Shown one piece after another: positions 8,657 through 19,208 of a DNA stretch of 64,000 nucleotides. A program made the position numbers and the translations under genes. Location of the stretch: sequence record GQ981382. One strand, given 5' to 3'. The stretch's first letter is position 1, and each line of letters starts with the position of its first letter. This stretch comes from Shigella phage SP18. The notes under the pieces are model-generated. The model was not told the DNA's origin. It made no database searches and saw only the letters and a list, made by a program, of their open reading frames with translations.

Positions 8657-9409
8657 ATGGCCAATATCGTAAGATGCGAAATGCCAGACGGAGTTCATCG
8701 TTTCAAACCGTTTACAGTCGCTGATTACCGTGATTTACTGCTTGTGCGAAACGACATGAACAACAAACCCGTCGAAGAACAAAAACAATTATTAGACGAA
8801 CTGTTGGAAGATTATTTTGGAGAGTATCCGAAAGCATGGAGGCCATACATATTCTTGAAGGTATTCACTTCCTCTATCGGTAAGACAAAAGTCCCGGTAG
8901 CGTTCGAATGTCAAAAATGTAAAAAGACAAAGCAGACTTTGTTTAATATGAGTCAAGGGCCATTGATAAATCCAACAATGGAAACTGCGGGGATAAAAAT
9001 ACAATTTAAGTTCCCCGAAGTGGAATATAAAGATAAGTCGGAGCTTGTTCTAAACACCATCCAGACTGTCGAAGACTCAGAACAAAAGTACAATTGGGAA
9101 GACCTTCCTGAAGAAACGAAGATGCAGGTTATTGATGCAATTGATATAGAGAGTCTCGAAGAGCTCCTTAAGAAAATGCATTCAGTTTATATTCCATTTA
9201 CATATGGTTGCTGCGAAAAACACAAAACCGAATATACAGACTTGATTGATGTCTTTAAGCTTATCCTTAACCCGGATGAAGTCTTTGTATTTTATCAAAT
9301 TAACCACTTGCTGGTAAAGAACCAATATACGCTCGATAGCATCATGCACATGATTCCCATCGAACGAGGTATTGCTTTATCGTTAGTTGAGAAGGACTTG
9401 AAGAAATGA
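8657..9409 (+). CDS. 51: baseplate hub assembly catalyst gp51
   Basis: 250 aa; position and size as T4 gp51; Cys-rich (CQKCKK...CCEKH). Confidence 0.8.
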   Translation: MANIVRCEMPDGVHRFKPFTVADYRDLLLVRNDMNNKPVEEQKQLLDELLEDYFGEYPKAWRPYIFLKVFTSSIGKTKVPVAFECQKCKKTKQTLFNMSQGPLINPTMETAGIKIQFKFPEVEYKDKSELVLNTIQTVEDSEQKYNWEDLPEETKMQVIDAIDIESLEELLKKMHSVYIPFTYGCCEKHKTEYTDLIDVFKLILNPDEVFVFYQINHLLVKNQYTLDSIMHMIPIERGIALSLVEKDLKK

Positions 9410-10575
9410 CAGCTAAATCTATGCAGCGTGAAGGCTTTCCTAATATCAGCATACGCCTTTACGAAGATTATGATGCCTGGCTCGAACACCGTTTTGTAGA
9501 ACTGGCTGCAACATTTACAACCATGACCATGCGCGATTCTCTTTACGGAAGAAACGAAGGCCTGTTGCAATTCTACGACACAAAGAACTTGCATACAAAA
9601 ATGAACGGTGAACAAATTATACAAGTCTCCGTTAAGAATGCCAACTCAGACCGAACCCAATCCAGGATATACGGAAGTAAGCACTTTGCTGTTTCCGTGG
9701 ATTCAAAGGGTGATAACATAATTACAATTCAGCTGGCACCGATTCATGAAATTGAAGACCTGAAATTTAGTCGTATGTTTTATCCGAGTGTGCAAGAAAC
9801 ATTGGTCGAAATGACCGGGGTAATTTATCAGGATAGACCTTTGCTTGCTCCTCCGATAAACGGTATAAACGTTTATGCTCCTAATGTTCCGTGGTGTGAT
9901 TCGATGAGCCAGTATATGGAATTCATCAGGGAAGTTGGTCTTGCAGTTGAATCTGATAAATTTGTATTTGTATGGCAAGATATTGACGGCATAAGTATCC
10001 AGGATTATGAATGGTTAATCGCGCAAGAGCCGATTAATTTCGTGGTGGGGGAACCCCGATTGGTTGGTCAGTTTGTACAAAACCTCGAGACCCCTTTGGC
10101 CTTCGATTTCGAATGGTTAACAAAGGCGAACCAACATACAAGAAAACCATACGAAAACGCAACCGTGTATGCGCATTCATTCCTTGATAAGAACGCAACC
10201 AGAATAACTTTTGGGGAAGGACAAAACAGCATTCTGGTATCTCGTTCTGGCGGCTATTCGGATTATACATATCGAAATGGTTTCGAGGAAGCACAACGAT
10301 TAATAACCATGTCACAATATGACGGTTACGCGCATTGCAAAACATACGGGAACTTTGAATTAACTCCGGGCGATAAGATAAATTTCTATGACCCGAAGAA
10401 CCAATTCAAATATGATTTTTACGTAGACGAAGTTATTCATGAAGTGAGTAACAATACATCAATTACAAACCTCTATATGTTTACCAATGGTAAGCCTATC
10501 GAAGTTGAAGAACCACCGAAGGTTAAAAATGAACTTAAAACTGATTCTGCCGACGAAGAAAATACAGCTGGGTGA
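9406..10575 (+). CDS. 27: baseplate hub subunit gp27
   Basis: 389 aa; [42 protein letters not shown] matches T4 gp27. Confidence 0.92.
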   Translation: MTAKSMQREGFPNISIRLYEDYDAWLEHRFVELAATFTTMTMRDSLYGRNEGLLQFYDTKNLHTKMNGEQIIQVSVKNANSDRTQSRIYGSKHFAVSVDSKGDNIITIQLAPIHEIEDLKFSRMFYPSVQETLVEMTGVIYQDRPLLAPPINGINVYAPNVPWCDSMSQYMEFIREVGLAVESDKFVFVWQDIDGISIQDYEWLIAQEPINFVVGEPRLVGQFVQNLETPLAFDFEWLTKANQHTRKPYENATVYAHSFLDKNATRITFGEGQNSILVSRSGGYSDYTYRNGFEEAQRLITMSQYDGYAHCKTYGNFELTPGDKINFYDPKNQFKYDFYVDEVIHEVSNNTSITNLYMFTNGKPIEVEEPPKVKNELKTDSADEENTAG

Positions 10576-11047
10576 TAAAGAGATTCACGTTCCCAAGCTT
10601 GGACTCAAGCATCACAATCTGATTAAAAACGAACCTAATCCTTATGTTGCATTAAGAAAGATTATGCAATCGATATTCCCTAATCTTACAGCAGCCGAAT
10701 CCGACTTTGTATCTTTACATCTTCTGGAATTCAATGGTAAGCTAAAAGACAAACGCGAGATTAATGGATTTACATATAAGCTGGATGATGTTTATATCTG
10801 TCAGCGCCTTGAATTCTCTTATCAAGGAAAGACATTTAAATTCCGCTCCAATAAACCGTATGAAGAATTCGGACCAGTTGACAATCTCCTGGAGACCCTT
10901 TATCTCGGGGAAGATGTTCCAGACTTTCTGGATATGCCTGCTTTTGTTGCTAAGTGGGCAGACGATATCACAAGCACATTAGCAATCCCGGGCCCGAATG
11001 GTCCTGTTAAGGGGTTACTGAAAATAATGGAACTCCTAAATGAATAA
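10529..11047 (+). CDS. 28: baseplate hub distal subunit gp28
   Basis: [11 protein letters not shown]...[17 protein letters not shown] matches the T4 gp28 N-terminus; start at the ATG with a GAAGG Shine-Dalgarno, overlapping the gp27 3' end. Confidence 0.85.
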   Translation: MNLKLILPTKKIQLGDKEIHVPKLGLKHHNLIKNEPNPYVALRKIMQSIFPNLTAAESDFVSLHLLEFNGKLKDKREINGFTYKLDDVYICQRLEFSYQGKTFKFRSNKPYEEFGPVDNLLETLYLGEDVPDFLDMPAFVAKWADDITSTLAIPGPNGPVKGLLKIMELLNE

Positions 11048-12785
11048 GAACTCCGAACAAACGAGCTTCAGACGCGGTGGACCTAATAAAAAGCTTATCG
11101 AAGAATTAGCACCACAAAGGAGGGCGGAAGCCCTCTCTGCTGAACAGAATGATGAATTATCGAATCTGAATACAACTCTTACAAATACTCAGGCTGCAAC
11201 CGAACTTGTATCGGAAGCTATTGAGGATAAGGGTAATCAGATTATAGAGAATATCCAAACCAATAATGGAGTCCTCCAGGATATCAGTGCTGGGGTCGAA
11301 CTGACGGCCGAAGCCACCGAGAAGACTCAACAAGGGATTAAAAACCTCACGGATATTCTCTCGGATAAGCTCGACAAACTCAGCGCAATGATAAGTGGTA
11401 AACTAGGCGTCACGTCTCCTGTGGCTGGTTCTGAAAGCCTTAAACCTGTGGAGGATGCACTACCAGAGCCTGAAGAGAATAAGCCCACGGCGAGCGTTCC
11501 AACGCTCATACCGCCTGAAGAACAAAAGCCCGACGCTGACTTCATTCCGGAACCAGAACAGCCAAAAACCGATGCAGAAGGCAAAGAGACTAATACCTGG
11601 TCACTTGGTGATAAGCTTGATACCCTTTCGAAGATAACCGAAAAAGGATTTAAGGCATCGATTTCTGTAGCCGACCGAATCTCCGGAATGTTGTTCAAAT
11701 ATACAATTACAGCTGCAGCCGAAGCAGCCAAGCTTATTGGTGGATTATTGTTGTTGGTATTCGGTATCGATGCAATACGAGTTTACTTCCAATATTTCAT
11801 GAAGCAATTCGAAAAAGGATGGGCCGAATTTAATGATAAGTTCAAAGAATGGGGCCCACTGCTTGAAGGACTAATGACTTGGGCTAAGAACGCGCAAGCG
11901 ATGTTTAGTGAAAAGAATTGGTTGGGATTAGCTGAAGCTATTATCCGTGGGATGGTCAACTTAACGAAGAACATGGCTCAACTTCTTATGCTTGGTATTT
12001 CGAAACTGATTTCAGCTATCTTAAGCAAAATCCCTGGGATGGGCGATTTAGCAGATAATGTGGAAGCCTCAGCTTTGATGTCTTATCAGCAAAATACAGG
12101 GGCAACTCTGGATGATGAAGACCAAACCAAGATAGCAAAATATCATGACAAACGTTCGGCTGAAGCAATGGAAGCTACAGAGAAGATGAATAAGAAGTAT
12201 AAGGATAAACCTGAACTAATTAATCAAGCCGAAAAATATGGTAACCTTACCAAGGAACAAGCCGACCAGCTTCGCGCGGGTGGTATTGACACAAGCTTCA
12301 GAGACCTTCCGGAAGAAGAACGTCTGGACTATTTCAAGAAGCGTGACAAAGCACAGGCTGATATTATTCGTTTGACCCAAACTGCTGACAACCTAATGAA
12401 GCCAGACGCAACCGATAAAAAGAATGCGATGGAAATGAGAGCTAACATTGAAAAACAATTAGCTGACCCATCTATGGCAAAAGGTGGAGCTCCGAAAGAC
12501 CTGAATATGCGCGCCCTGTTGGAAAAACTTGATAAGTCTCTCGAGAAGTTCAAAGACGAACCGAAAGTTAAACCGCCGGATGTTAAGACTTCTCCGGATG
12601 CACAACAAGCTGCGAAGGTTGACGAAGGCATGAAGGCCAAAGAAAATAAATACAAGGATGCACCAGCTCAGGCACAAATTAACACAGTCAATAATATTCA
12701 GAAGACTTCCAGGACGCAATACAATATGCCTCCTCAAAGTTCAACCCCTGCCCCTGGCATGAGACAGGCCACGAGAATTAACTAA
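11040..12785 (+). CDS. 29: baseplate hub subunit / tail length determinator gp29
   Basis: 581 aa, extended coiled-coil-like protein in the gp29 position between 28 and 48. Confidence 0.85.
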   Translation: MNKNSEQTSFRRGGPNKKLIEELAPQRRAEALSAEQNDELSNLNTTLTNTQAATELVSEAIEDKGNQIIENIQTNNGVLQDISAGVELTAEATEKTQQGIKNLTDILSDKLDKLSAMISGKLGVTSPVAGSESLKPVEDALPEPEENKPTASVPTLIPPEEQKPDADFIPEPEQPKTDAEGKETNTWSLGDKLDTLSKITEKGFKASISVADRISGMLFKYTITAAAEAAKLIGGLLLLVFGIDAIRVYFQYFMKQFEKGWAEFNDKFKEWGPLLEGLMTWAKNAQAMFSEKNWLGLAEAIIRGMVNLTKNMAQLLMLGISKLISAILSKIPGMGDLADNVEASALMSYQQNTGATLDDEDQTKIAKYHDKRSAEAMEATEKMNKKYKDKPELINQAEKYGNLTKEQADQLRAGGIDTSFRDLPEEERLDYFKKRDKAQADIIRLTQTADNLMKPDATDKKNAMEMRANIEKQLADPSMAKGGAPKDLNMRALLEKLDKSLEKFKDEPKVKPPDVKTSPDAQQAAKVDEGMKAKENKYKDAPAQAQINTVNNIQKTSRTQYNMPPQSSTPAPGMRQATRIN

Positions 12786-12793
12786 GGAATAAC

Positions 12794-13882
12794 ATGAAAG
12801 TAAAAGAACTCGATATTGCGGGTTTATTTAACGGAGGTTCTAAGACCTCCGCTGGGCAGTCAAAAGCTGCCCAGACTCAAGCTACTATTGTGGCGCAATA
12901 TCCAGCAGAACGAGCTTCCGGTAATGATTCTTCAGATGATATGCGAGTTAATGACCTTTATAAAAATGGTCTGTTATTCACGGCATACAATTTCAGTTCA
13001 AGAACATCTCCGGAATTACGCTCAGACAGGTCAAGCCAATTGACTTCATTAAAGAAAGTTTCCAATGGCGCTTCATTTAACCCGGTTAAAAGTTTAACAT
13101 CTTTTGCTAAATCGAAATTAACCGGCGCTGGCTCAACAGGTAAAAGTTTTGATTCAAACGCTGTTGCAAATATCCTGTTGCCTCGTTCGAAGTCTGATGT
13201 AGAATCCGTATCGCACCGATTCAACGATGTTGGTGAATCTCTTATTACGAAAGGGGGCGGCTCAGCTACAGGTATTCTTAGTAACATCGCATCGACTGCA
13301 GTTTTCGGCGCACTCGAATCAGTTACAAATGGTGTAATGGCCGACCATGGTGAACAGATTTACACAACCGCGCGAAGCATGTATGCTGGTCCTGATAACA
13401 GGACAAAAGTTTACACATGGGAAATGACTCCACGTTCGGCCCAGGACTTAATCCAGATAGTGAAGATATACGAGATTTTTAACTATTATTCCTATGGAGA
13501 AACCGGCAAAAGTTCGTTTGCTTCCGAGCTGAAAGAAAAAATCGATACATGGTATAAATCCACCTTCAAAAAAGAAGCAATCGATAACTTTGACGGCAAG
13601 TTGCTCGGTGAAGAGATAACAAGCTTCCTAACGAACGTTCTGGTGGTCTCTAACCCTACTATCTGGTATATCCGCAACTTCGGCGATACAAGCTCGTACG
13701 ATGGTCGTGGGGAGCTATTTGGGCCGTGTCAGATTCAGAGCATACGATTTGACAAATCACCGGATGGTCATTTCGGTGGATTAGCTATTGCTCCTAACCT
13801 ACCATCGACTTTTGTGCTTGAAATCACTTTCCGTGAAATCATTACGCTTAACCGTGGCTCGTTATATGCGGAGGGTTTCTAA
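12794..13882 (+). CDS. 48: baseplate tail tube cap gp48
   Basis: 362 aa; synteny 29-48-54 and T4-like size. Confidence 0.85.
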   Translation: MKVKELDIAGLFNGGSKTSAGQSKAAQTQATIVAQYPAERASGNDSSDDMRVNDLYKNGLLFTAYNFSSRTSPELRSDRSSQLTSLKKVSNGASFNPVKSLTSFAKSKLTGAGSTGKSFDSNAVANILLPRSKSDVESVSHRFNDVGESLITKGGGSATGILSNIASTAVFGALESVTNGVMADHGEQIYTTARSMYAGPDNRTKVYTWEMTPRSAQDLIQIVKIYEIFNYYSYGETGKSSFASELKEKIDTWYKSTFKKEAIDNFDGKLLGEEITSFLTNVLVVSNPTIWYIRNFGDTSSYDGRGELFGPCQIQSIRFDKSPDGHFGGLAIAPNLPSTFVLEITFREIITLNRGSLYAEGF

Positions 13883-14826
13883 TGTTTACTTTACAAGAAT
13901 TCCAAACGCAGGCGATTAATATCGACTTACAAAGGAATAACCTTTTTAGTGTGGTCTTCGCGACCGCACCTTCCTCTAAATCTCAGAATCTTCTGGACCA
14001 GTTTGGTGGCGCATTATTCAGCAACCTTCCTGTTAACTCAGATTGGTTCGGATTAACACAAGGTGACTTAACTCAAGGGATAACAACTCTTGTTACTGCC
14101 GGAACACAAAAGCTTATTCGCAAATCAGGGATAAGCAAATATCTTATTGGGGCAATGAGTAACCGTGTTGTGCAATCATTATTAGGGGAATTTGAGGTTG
14201 GTACTTACCTGCTTGATTTCTTTAATATGGCTTATCCAACGGCTGGTCTATTAGTTCACTCTGTTAAGCTTCCGGATAACACATTGAACTACGAAATGGA
14301 CCTTAACCATAATGCGCCAAATATCAAGATAACAGGGAGAGAATATTCTCCGTTGGTATTGAGCTTTAGAATGGATTCAGAGGCGGGGAACTTCAGAGCA
14401 TTTAACGATTGGGTTAACTCTGTACAGGACCCAGTTACCCAGCTAAGGGCTTTGCCTGAAGACGTTGAAGCTGATATTCAGGTTAACCTTCATTCGCGTA
14501 ATGGGTTACCACATACGGTTGTTATGTTAACCGGTTGTGTTCCTGTAAGTGTATCAGCGCCTGAATTGAGCTATGAAGGGGATAATCAGATAGCTACATT
14601 TGATGTAACTTTTGCTTATCGCGTTATGTCAACTGGTGCGGTGGGAAGAGCTGCAGCATTGGAATGGTTGGAAGATAAGGTTATTAAAGGTGTATCTGGT
14701 ATTAGTTCAGATAACAACTTGAACGCAGAAGTTGCCAAATTGAGTCGCTTGTCTGGTGCTCAATCTGGATTAACAAGTCTATACAATACGTTTACTGGTT
14801 CTGGCGGAAGTCAACGTATATTATAA
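13882..14826 (+). CDS. 54: baseplate tail tube initiator gp54
   Basis: 314 aa; start overlaps the gp48 stop; synteny. Confidence 0.85.
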   Translation: MFTLQEFQTQAINIDLQRNNLFSVVFATAPSSKSQNLLDQFGGALFSNLPVNSDWFGLTQGDLTQGITTLVTAGTQKLIRKSGISKYLIGAMSNRVVQSLLGEFEVGTYLLDFFNMAYPTAGLLVHSVKLPDNTLNYEMDLNHNAPNIKITGREYSPLVLSFRMDSEAGNFRAFNDWVNSVQDPVTQLRALPEDVEADIQVNLHSRNGLPHTVVMLTGCVPVSVSAPELSYEGDNQIATFDVTFAYRVMSTGAVGRAAALEWLEDKVIKGVSGISSDNNLNAEVAKLSRLSGAQSGLTSLYNTFTGSGGSQRIL

Positions 14827-14852
14827 AAAGAAAGGGACCGAAGGTCCCTTTT
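14827..14852. terminator. bidirectional terminator hairpin (AGGGACCGAAGGTCCCT) with T-run
   Basis: Between convergent gp54 (+) and the minus-strand early block. Confidence 0.75.
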
Positions 14853-15142
14853 TATTTGCGGAATGAAATGAAACCTGCTGCAGTCATTACAACTTCTTTC
14901 TTAGCAAAGACTGTAATTGCAATTGGTGCTTCAGATTCAAGTTGCCCAGTTACTACACCATTAAAAATATTTTCTGTTTGTTCAGAATTTACAAAGTTTT
15001 CAACAGGGCGAAGGTCAAACTTCTTATCTTCGCCAAACACGCGCCGCAGTTCATTACCCACCGCGCTGTCAAACTCTTCTGAAGCCGGGATAACATTCTC
15101 AACTACCAGTTCCTGGCCATTAAAGCGAAAAGATGATTTCAT
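14852..15142 (-). CDS. hypothetical protein (alt.-1-like position)
   Basis: 96 aa from the ATG preceded by GAGGAAA; the longer track ORF overlaps the Alt 3' end. Confidence 0.5.
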   Translation of the reverse strand: MKSSFRFNGQELVVENVIPASEEFDSAVGNELRRVFGEDKKFDLRPVENFVNSEQTENIFNGVVTGQLESEAPIAITVFAKKEVVMTAAGFISFRK

Positions 15143-15206
15143 TTTGTTTTCCTCATGTGCAATTGATATGAACATTGTATCGCACTTCCTTGTGCTTGTA
15201 AACCCC

Positions 15207-17267
15207 CTACGAAAGGAATTTAGGAGGAATAGCTTCCAAATTAATACAACTAGCAAGAATACCAAGACCTTGATTGACTTTCTTCGTTACCCCAGAGGAT
15301 GCAAACGATGCAAAGTCAACAGATTCTACTGGCTCTTCTGTTTCCTCGCCCTGATAAACGACAAGCTCACCAGTTTCCATCAACACATCACCATCATAGA
15401 TAACTGCATTTTCATCCAGTTGGTCAGTGGTCTGGATATCAGCTTCCAGCATTTTGACGTTCGCGTTTCCTTTATACGAAGCATCCGTAATTTTGGTAAT
15501 CTTAACTACAGTTCCACGTGGAAGAATAACTTCCTGCTCGGATGGGTTGCCTGACAATTCCCCAGGAACAATTACGTTAATTAAGTCTGCCCCAGAAATT
15601 TTCCAACCGACATGAATCATTGCGTTGTCCGGGTTTGCACCTGGGATATTTGGTAAAACAATTTCGTCATCAGCCTGGAAAGATGTCCCGTCGCGATAGT
15701 CCTGATGAACTGCGGCCATAGCAACGTTCGCCACCCAGCCACCAAAGATAATTGGTTTAAATGATGTTGATACATAGTTCCTAAAATAGAATAATTTCGA
15801 CTGTTTAATTTTATTAAATGTAGGAACGTTTAAATATTGACCACGCCAAAGAGTTGTATTAGGTGGCAACTTATGTCCAATTTCAAAGGCCGAATCCAAT
15901 TCCTTAATTGTTTCGACAACTCTGTCTAGATTTAGGAATTCGGTGTCTTCTTCATAATAATTACCCATCAAATAATTATTAATATCGACATAGTTGGCTC
16001 CACAATAATCTGCAATTGCTTCACGCTGGCCATAATGGAAACGGTTGTCAGTATACCCTGCTGTGAAATTAAGAGTATTTTCTGATGCTTCTTCTGCAAA
16101 GTCTTTAACTGCAACACGAATGGCGCTTGTGTATTCTTCTTCCCAGAGCGTGGCTGCATAAGTGGCTGCATCCAGGTTAGGAGGAGCATCATTCATTTTT
16201 CTTTCGATAAATGCGGCTTTGCGAAGGTTAAGAATCTCTGCACATGATTCGGCAAAAATCTGCATCTGCTTCATACTACCAACTGGAGCACGTTTAAGTT
16301 CGCGATGCATACGGTTAAAAATTGGGTCAGAGTCTTCAACACGAATTTCTTCTTTCCAAACACCATTTGCACGCATAGCCGTATCTGCTGCGCGCATACG
16401 AGCCATAGTATTCGTTTCGGAAGGTCGAACAAAAATTTCCAGTTCTTCGTAATCATCGATAAGTTCTGCCGTAGCCGGTCGACTAAACTTAGCAGCTTCT
16501 GCATCAATTTCGTCCCAACCTTCTGGCACGGAATCACTTGGAGCGTACTGGGCTTGTGCAATAGCTCGGCGACTGATTTTAGTTTTCTGGGCAACAGCAG
16601 CATCGGTCTTTTTGTTTGCTGCATCAATCAGAACTTCGGCTGCGATTTCTTGTTTGGAGACTTGTGCGCCTGTATCTTTATTAGTGAATACATCGCCGAC
16701 TTTAGTTTCAACTTTTTGATATTTCTCAGGGACCGGTGGCATACCATCAACCGAAAGCAGGTCAACACCCTTTTTGTACATAATTACATAAGCGTTCTTT
16801 TTACCGAGGCCGGAAGCATTCGGAAGAACATGATAACGCCCGCTGGTTTTCATTTGAATCAGTCGATTCATAATACGAATAACAGCTTGGTCTTGCCCTT
16901 TCATCTTTTTGGATGGGAAACGGAACAAGACTACATCAGGTTTGCCTAGTTTAATGCTTTCCCAGACTGTAACAAAAATCAGGTTAATCGCATCAAGAGG
17001 TTTTTCACCTAGACCACCCTTCAGAGGAACAGCATGGCCATGTGAAGTCCCGGATAACAGGAATACCTCGGCAATTGCATCGCCACGTTTATATTGTTTA
17101 ACTGTTTCTTTGCCCGTGAATTGCATCAAACGGGCCATAAGAGAATTGGTCCCAGGAACACCGAATTGCCAAACCTGCGGGACCTTGTATTTTGGATTCA
17201 TATTAATGACAGGATAACCGAAGGCTTCGATATATTTGTCAAAGAGTTCATTTAATTGTTCAGACAT
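15207..17267 (-). CDS. alt: Alt-like ADP-ribosyltransferase (paralog 1)
   Basis: 686 aa; C-terminal ART signature R (LWRGQ), STS (YVSTSF), ExE (SEQEVILPRG); N-terminal half alignable with the adjacent paralog. Confidence 0.85.
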   Translation of the reverse strand: MSEQLNELFDKYIEAFGYPVINMNPKYKVPQVWQFGVPGTNSLMARLMQFTGKETVKQYKRGDAIAEVFLLSGTSHGHAVPLKGGLGEKPLDAINLIFVTVWESIKLGKPDVVLFRFPSKKMKGQDQAVIRIMNRLIQMKTSGRYHVLPNASGLGKKNAYVIMYKKGVDLLSVDGMPPVPEKYQKVETKVGDVFTNKDTGAQVSKQEIAAEVLIDAANKKTDAAVAQKTKISRRAIAQAQYAPSDSVPEGWDEIDAEAAKFSRPATAELIDDYEELEIFVRPSETNTMARMRAADTAMRANGVWKEEIRVEDSDPIFNRMHRELKRAPVGSMKQMQIFAESCAEILNLRKAAFIERKMNDAPPNLDAATYAATLWEEEYTSAIRVAVKDFAEEASENTLNFTAGYTDNRFHYGQREAIADYCGANYVDINNYLMGNYYEEDTEFLNLDRVVETIKELDSAFEIGHKLPPNTTLWRGQYLNVPTFNKIKQSKLFYFRNYVSTSFKPIIFGGWVANVAMAAVHQDYRDGTSFQADDEIVLPNIPGANPDNAMIHVGWKISGADLINVIVPGELSGNPSEQEVILPRGTVVKITKITDASYKGNANVKMLEADIQTTDQLDENAVIYDGDVLMETGELVVYQGEETEEPVESVDFASFASSGVTKKVNQGLGILASCINLEAIPPKFLS

Positions 17268-17276
17268 TTTTAACCC

Positions 17277-19151
17277 TTAATTGAGAAGGTGTACAAGTTT
17301 TTCCATAGACAAATCATAAGAGATTCTGTCATATTTTTTCAAAAGCGAATTTGATTCGTCTATCTGGTCATTTTCTAAGATAGAGCATTCAACGAGAATG
17401 TATTTACCCATCGAACCCATCATGCCAGCTGTAGCACCATAGACTTTATCAATCTTAAGCATTGTTCCACGTGGAAGAATAACTTCGGTTTCAACGGACC
17501 AGTTTGCCAGGTCACCAGGAATAACTACCTTGATATTTTCTGCACCTTTGATAATCATACCAATCTTGATTGTAGGTTTCGCCGAACCAGTTGCACTTTT
17601 AATAGTTGCATCGATTGCCCCATCATCGATATCACTCGATAATGCATTTGGGTCAAGGTTCGCAGCGGTGTGGCCCATACGACCGAAAATATTTGGCGCC
17701 AGAGATGTACTCGCAAACATAGGAAGATACATCGTTTTATTTTTTATGGAATTAATTGCCATATCGGTTGGCATGACTTGAGCACGGTAGATGATAGTTC
17801 CTTTTGGAAGCTTAACACCGTTTTCAAATACTTTATCCATATCGGAAATCATTTTGATTTCGCTTTCTTTTGCGTCAGCTTTCCCTAGCAGGAAATTATT
17901 GATTGCAGTATATTTTCCGCGAGTATACGCCTTAATTGCTTCGGCCTGGTCTTCAGTTATTTCAGGGTTGTCGGAGATATGAAATAATGGTTGGATGGCC
18001 TTGGTGTAAATTTCATCTGCGATAATACGAATAGCTTCTTTAGTCTTATCTTCGCGCGCCCAGGTCCCCACAATGGAGTCGTCAAGCAACATATCAGCAA
18101 CTCTACGCAATGTATCAACAGGATTCTTTGAGGCCCGCAGGACGTTCGAAAACTCACTTATTTTGTGTTCCATGTCAACTTCTTTAAGAGCATTAAACAC
18201 ATCCATGGCTACACGAGTTTTTGTCTTATCTTCACCAACACCACCTTGTGCAACTAAATCAAAATAGTCTGCATACTCATCACCCGCACGGTCGATTACT
18301 TTTATTGAAGCTTTAGCTATCTGACTTTCTCTGGCATCATCTGCTGAATGCACTGCGCTACTGGTCGAGAGTTTTGTATAAATCTCTTTGTGCTCTGGTG
18401 AGAATTTAGCAAGGCCAGTTGGTTCGTTCCCCGAATACAATGCGTTAATAGCTGCGCGTTTAGAAAACTTGGTTTTAACAACAACTGCCTGGTCTGTACG
18501 TTTTTCTTCAACCTTTGCAATAGAGGCCGCAATAGCTTCATTCTTGGTAACAGTTTCGCCGGTGGCTTTGTCTACATAAACATCACCGACTTTCGATTCC
18601 ACTTTTGTGTACAATTCGGTATTGATGCCAGGAATTCCGGCGATAGATTCAATTGGTTTGGATTTACGATAAATCAATACGTAAGTATGTTTACCCGTGT
18701 ACTGATACATATCATCCAGAACTTTGAACTGACCGCCGGCACGGGCCATAATAAGCCGAGCAAGAACACGCTGAATAGTTCGTTCTTGTCCCTTCATTTT
18801 GCGGGTCGGGAAGCGGAACATAATTGCATCCATTTTCATCAGTTTTACTTGTTCGTAAACTACATCAAAAATGGATTTAATTGCTCCAATCGGGTTATCA
18901 CCAAGACCACCTTTAAGAATAGCTGGAGTACCGTTTGAATTTAATGACATCAAAATAACGTGTGCATACTTATCGCCAGTTTTGACCTGTTTAATAGCAT
19001 CGCCTTCGGATGCGTAAGACACCATACGAGCAATAAGATTATCATTCCCCGGGACCTGGATATTCCAAATCTGTGGAACTTTTGACTTTGAAAGGTTAAT
19101 GGCCGGGATATTAGATTCCCCTTCAAAAACCTCTGACAATAATTCGGTCAT
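17277..19151 (-). CDS. Alt-like ADP-ribosyltransferase (paralog 2)
   Basis: 624 aa; R (IIYRAQ), STS (FASTSL), ExE (ETEVILPRG); shares GGLG..PI.AI..IF..V, RFP..KMKGQ and TKVESKVGDVY..K.TG..V.K.E.IAA blocks with paralog 1. Confidence 0.85.
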   Translation of the reverse strand: MTELLSEVFEGESNIPAINLSKSKVPQIWNIQVPGNDNLIARMVSYASEGDAIKQVKTGDKYAHVILMSLNSNGTPAILKGGLGDNPIGAIKSIFDVVYEQVKLMKMDAIMFRFPTRKMKGQERTIQRVLARLIMARAGGQFKVLDDMYQYTGKHTYVLIYRKSKPIESIAGIPGINTELYTKVESKVGDVYVDKATGETVTKNEAIAASIAKVEEKRTDQAVVVKTKFSKRAAINALYSGNEPTGLAKFSPEHKEIYTKLSTSSAVHSADDARESQIAKASIKVIDRAGDEYADYFDLVAQGGVGEDKTKTRVAMDVFNALKEVDMEHKISEFSNVLRASKNPVDTLRRVADMLLDDSIVGTWAREDKTKEAIRIIADEIYTKAIQPLFHISDNPEITEDQAEAIKAYTRGKYTAINNFLLGKADAKESEIKMISDMDKVFENGVKLPKGTIIYRAQVMPTDMAINSIKNKTMYLPMFASTSLAPNIFGRMGHTAANLDPNALSSDIDDGAIDATIKSATGSAKPTIKIGMIIKGAENIKVVIPGDLANWSVETEVILPRGTMLKIDKVYGATAGMMGSMGKYILVECSILENDQIDESNSLLKKYDRISYDLSMEKLVHLLN

Positions 19152-19176
19152 ATTGTTTTCCTTATAAAATATGATG

Positions 19177-19184
19177 TATTTATA
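19177..19184 (-). promoter_or_regulatory. late promoter TATAAATA upstream of Alt paralog 2
   Basis: Minus strand reads cgTATAAATAcatcatattttataAGGAAAacaatATG; immediately downstream of the gp30 terminator. Confidence 0.6.
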
Positions 19185-19185
19185 C

Positions 19186-19208
19186 GAAAAAGGGCCGAAG
19201 CCCTTTTG
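19186..19208 (-). terminator. terminator hairpin (AAGGGCTTCGGCCCTT) plus T5 after gene 30
   Basis: GC stem, TTCG loop, T-run on the minus strand. Confidence 0.7.

Noticed and set aside
16305-16949. Plus-strand ORFs inside the Alt genes (e.g. 16305-16949, 16162-16452)
   Set aside because: Antisense to long conserved ORFs with a catalytic motif; typical shadow ORFs.
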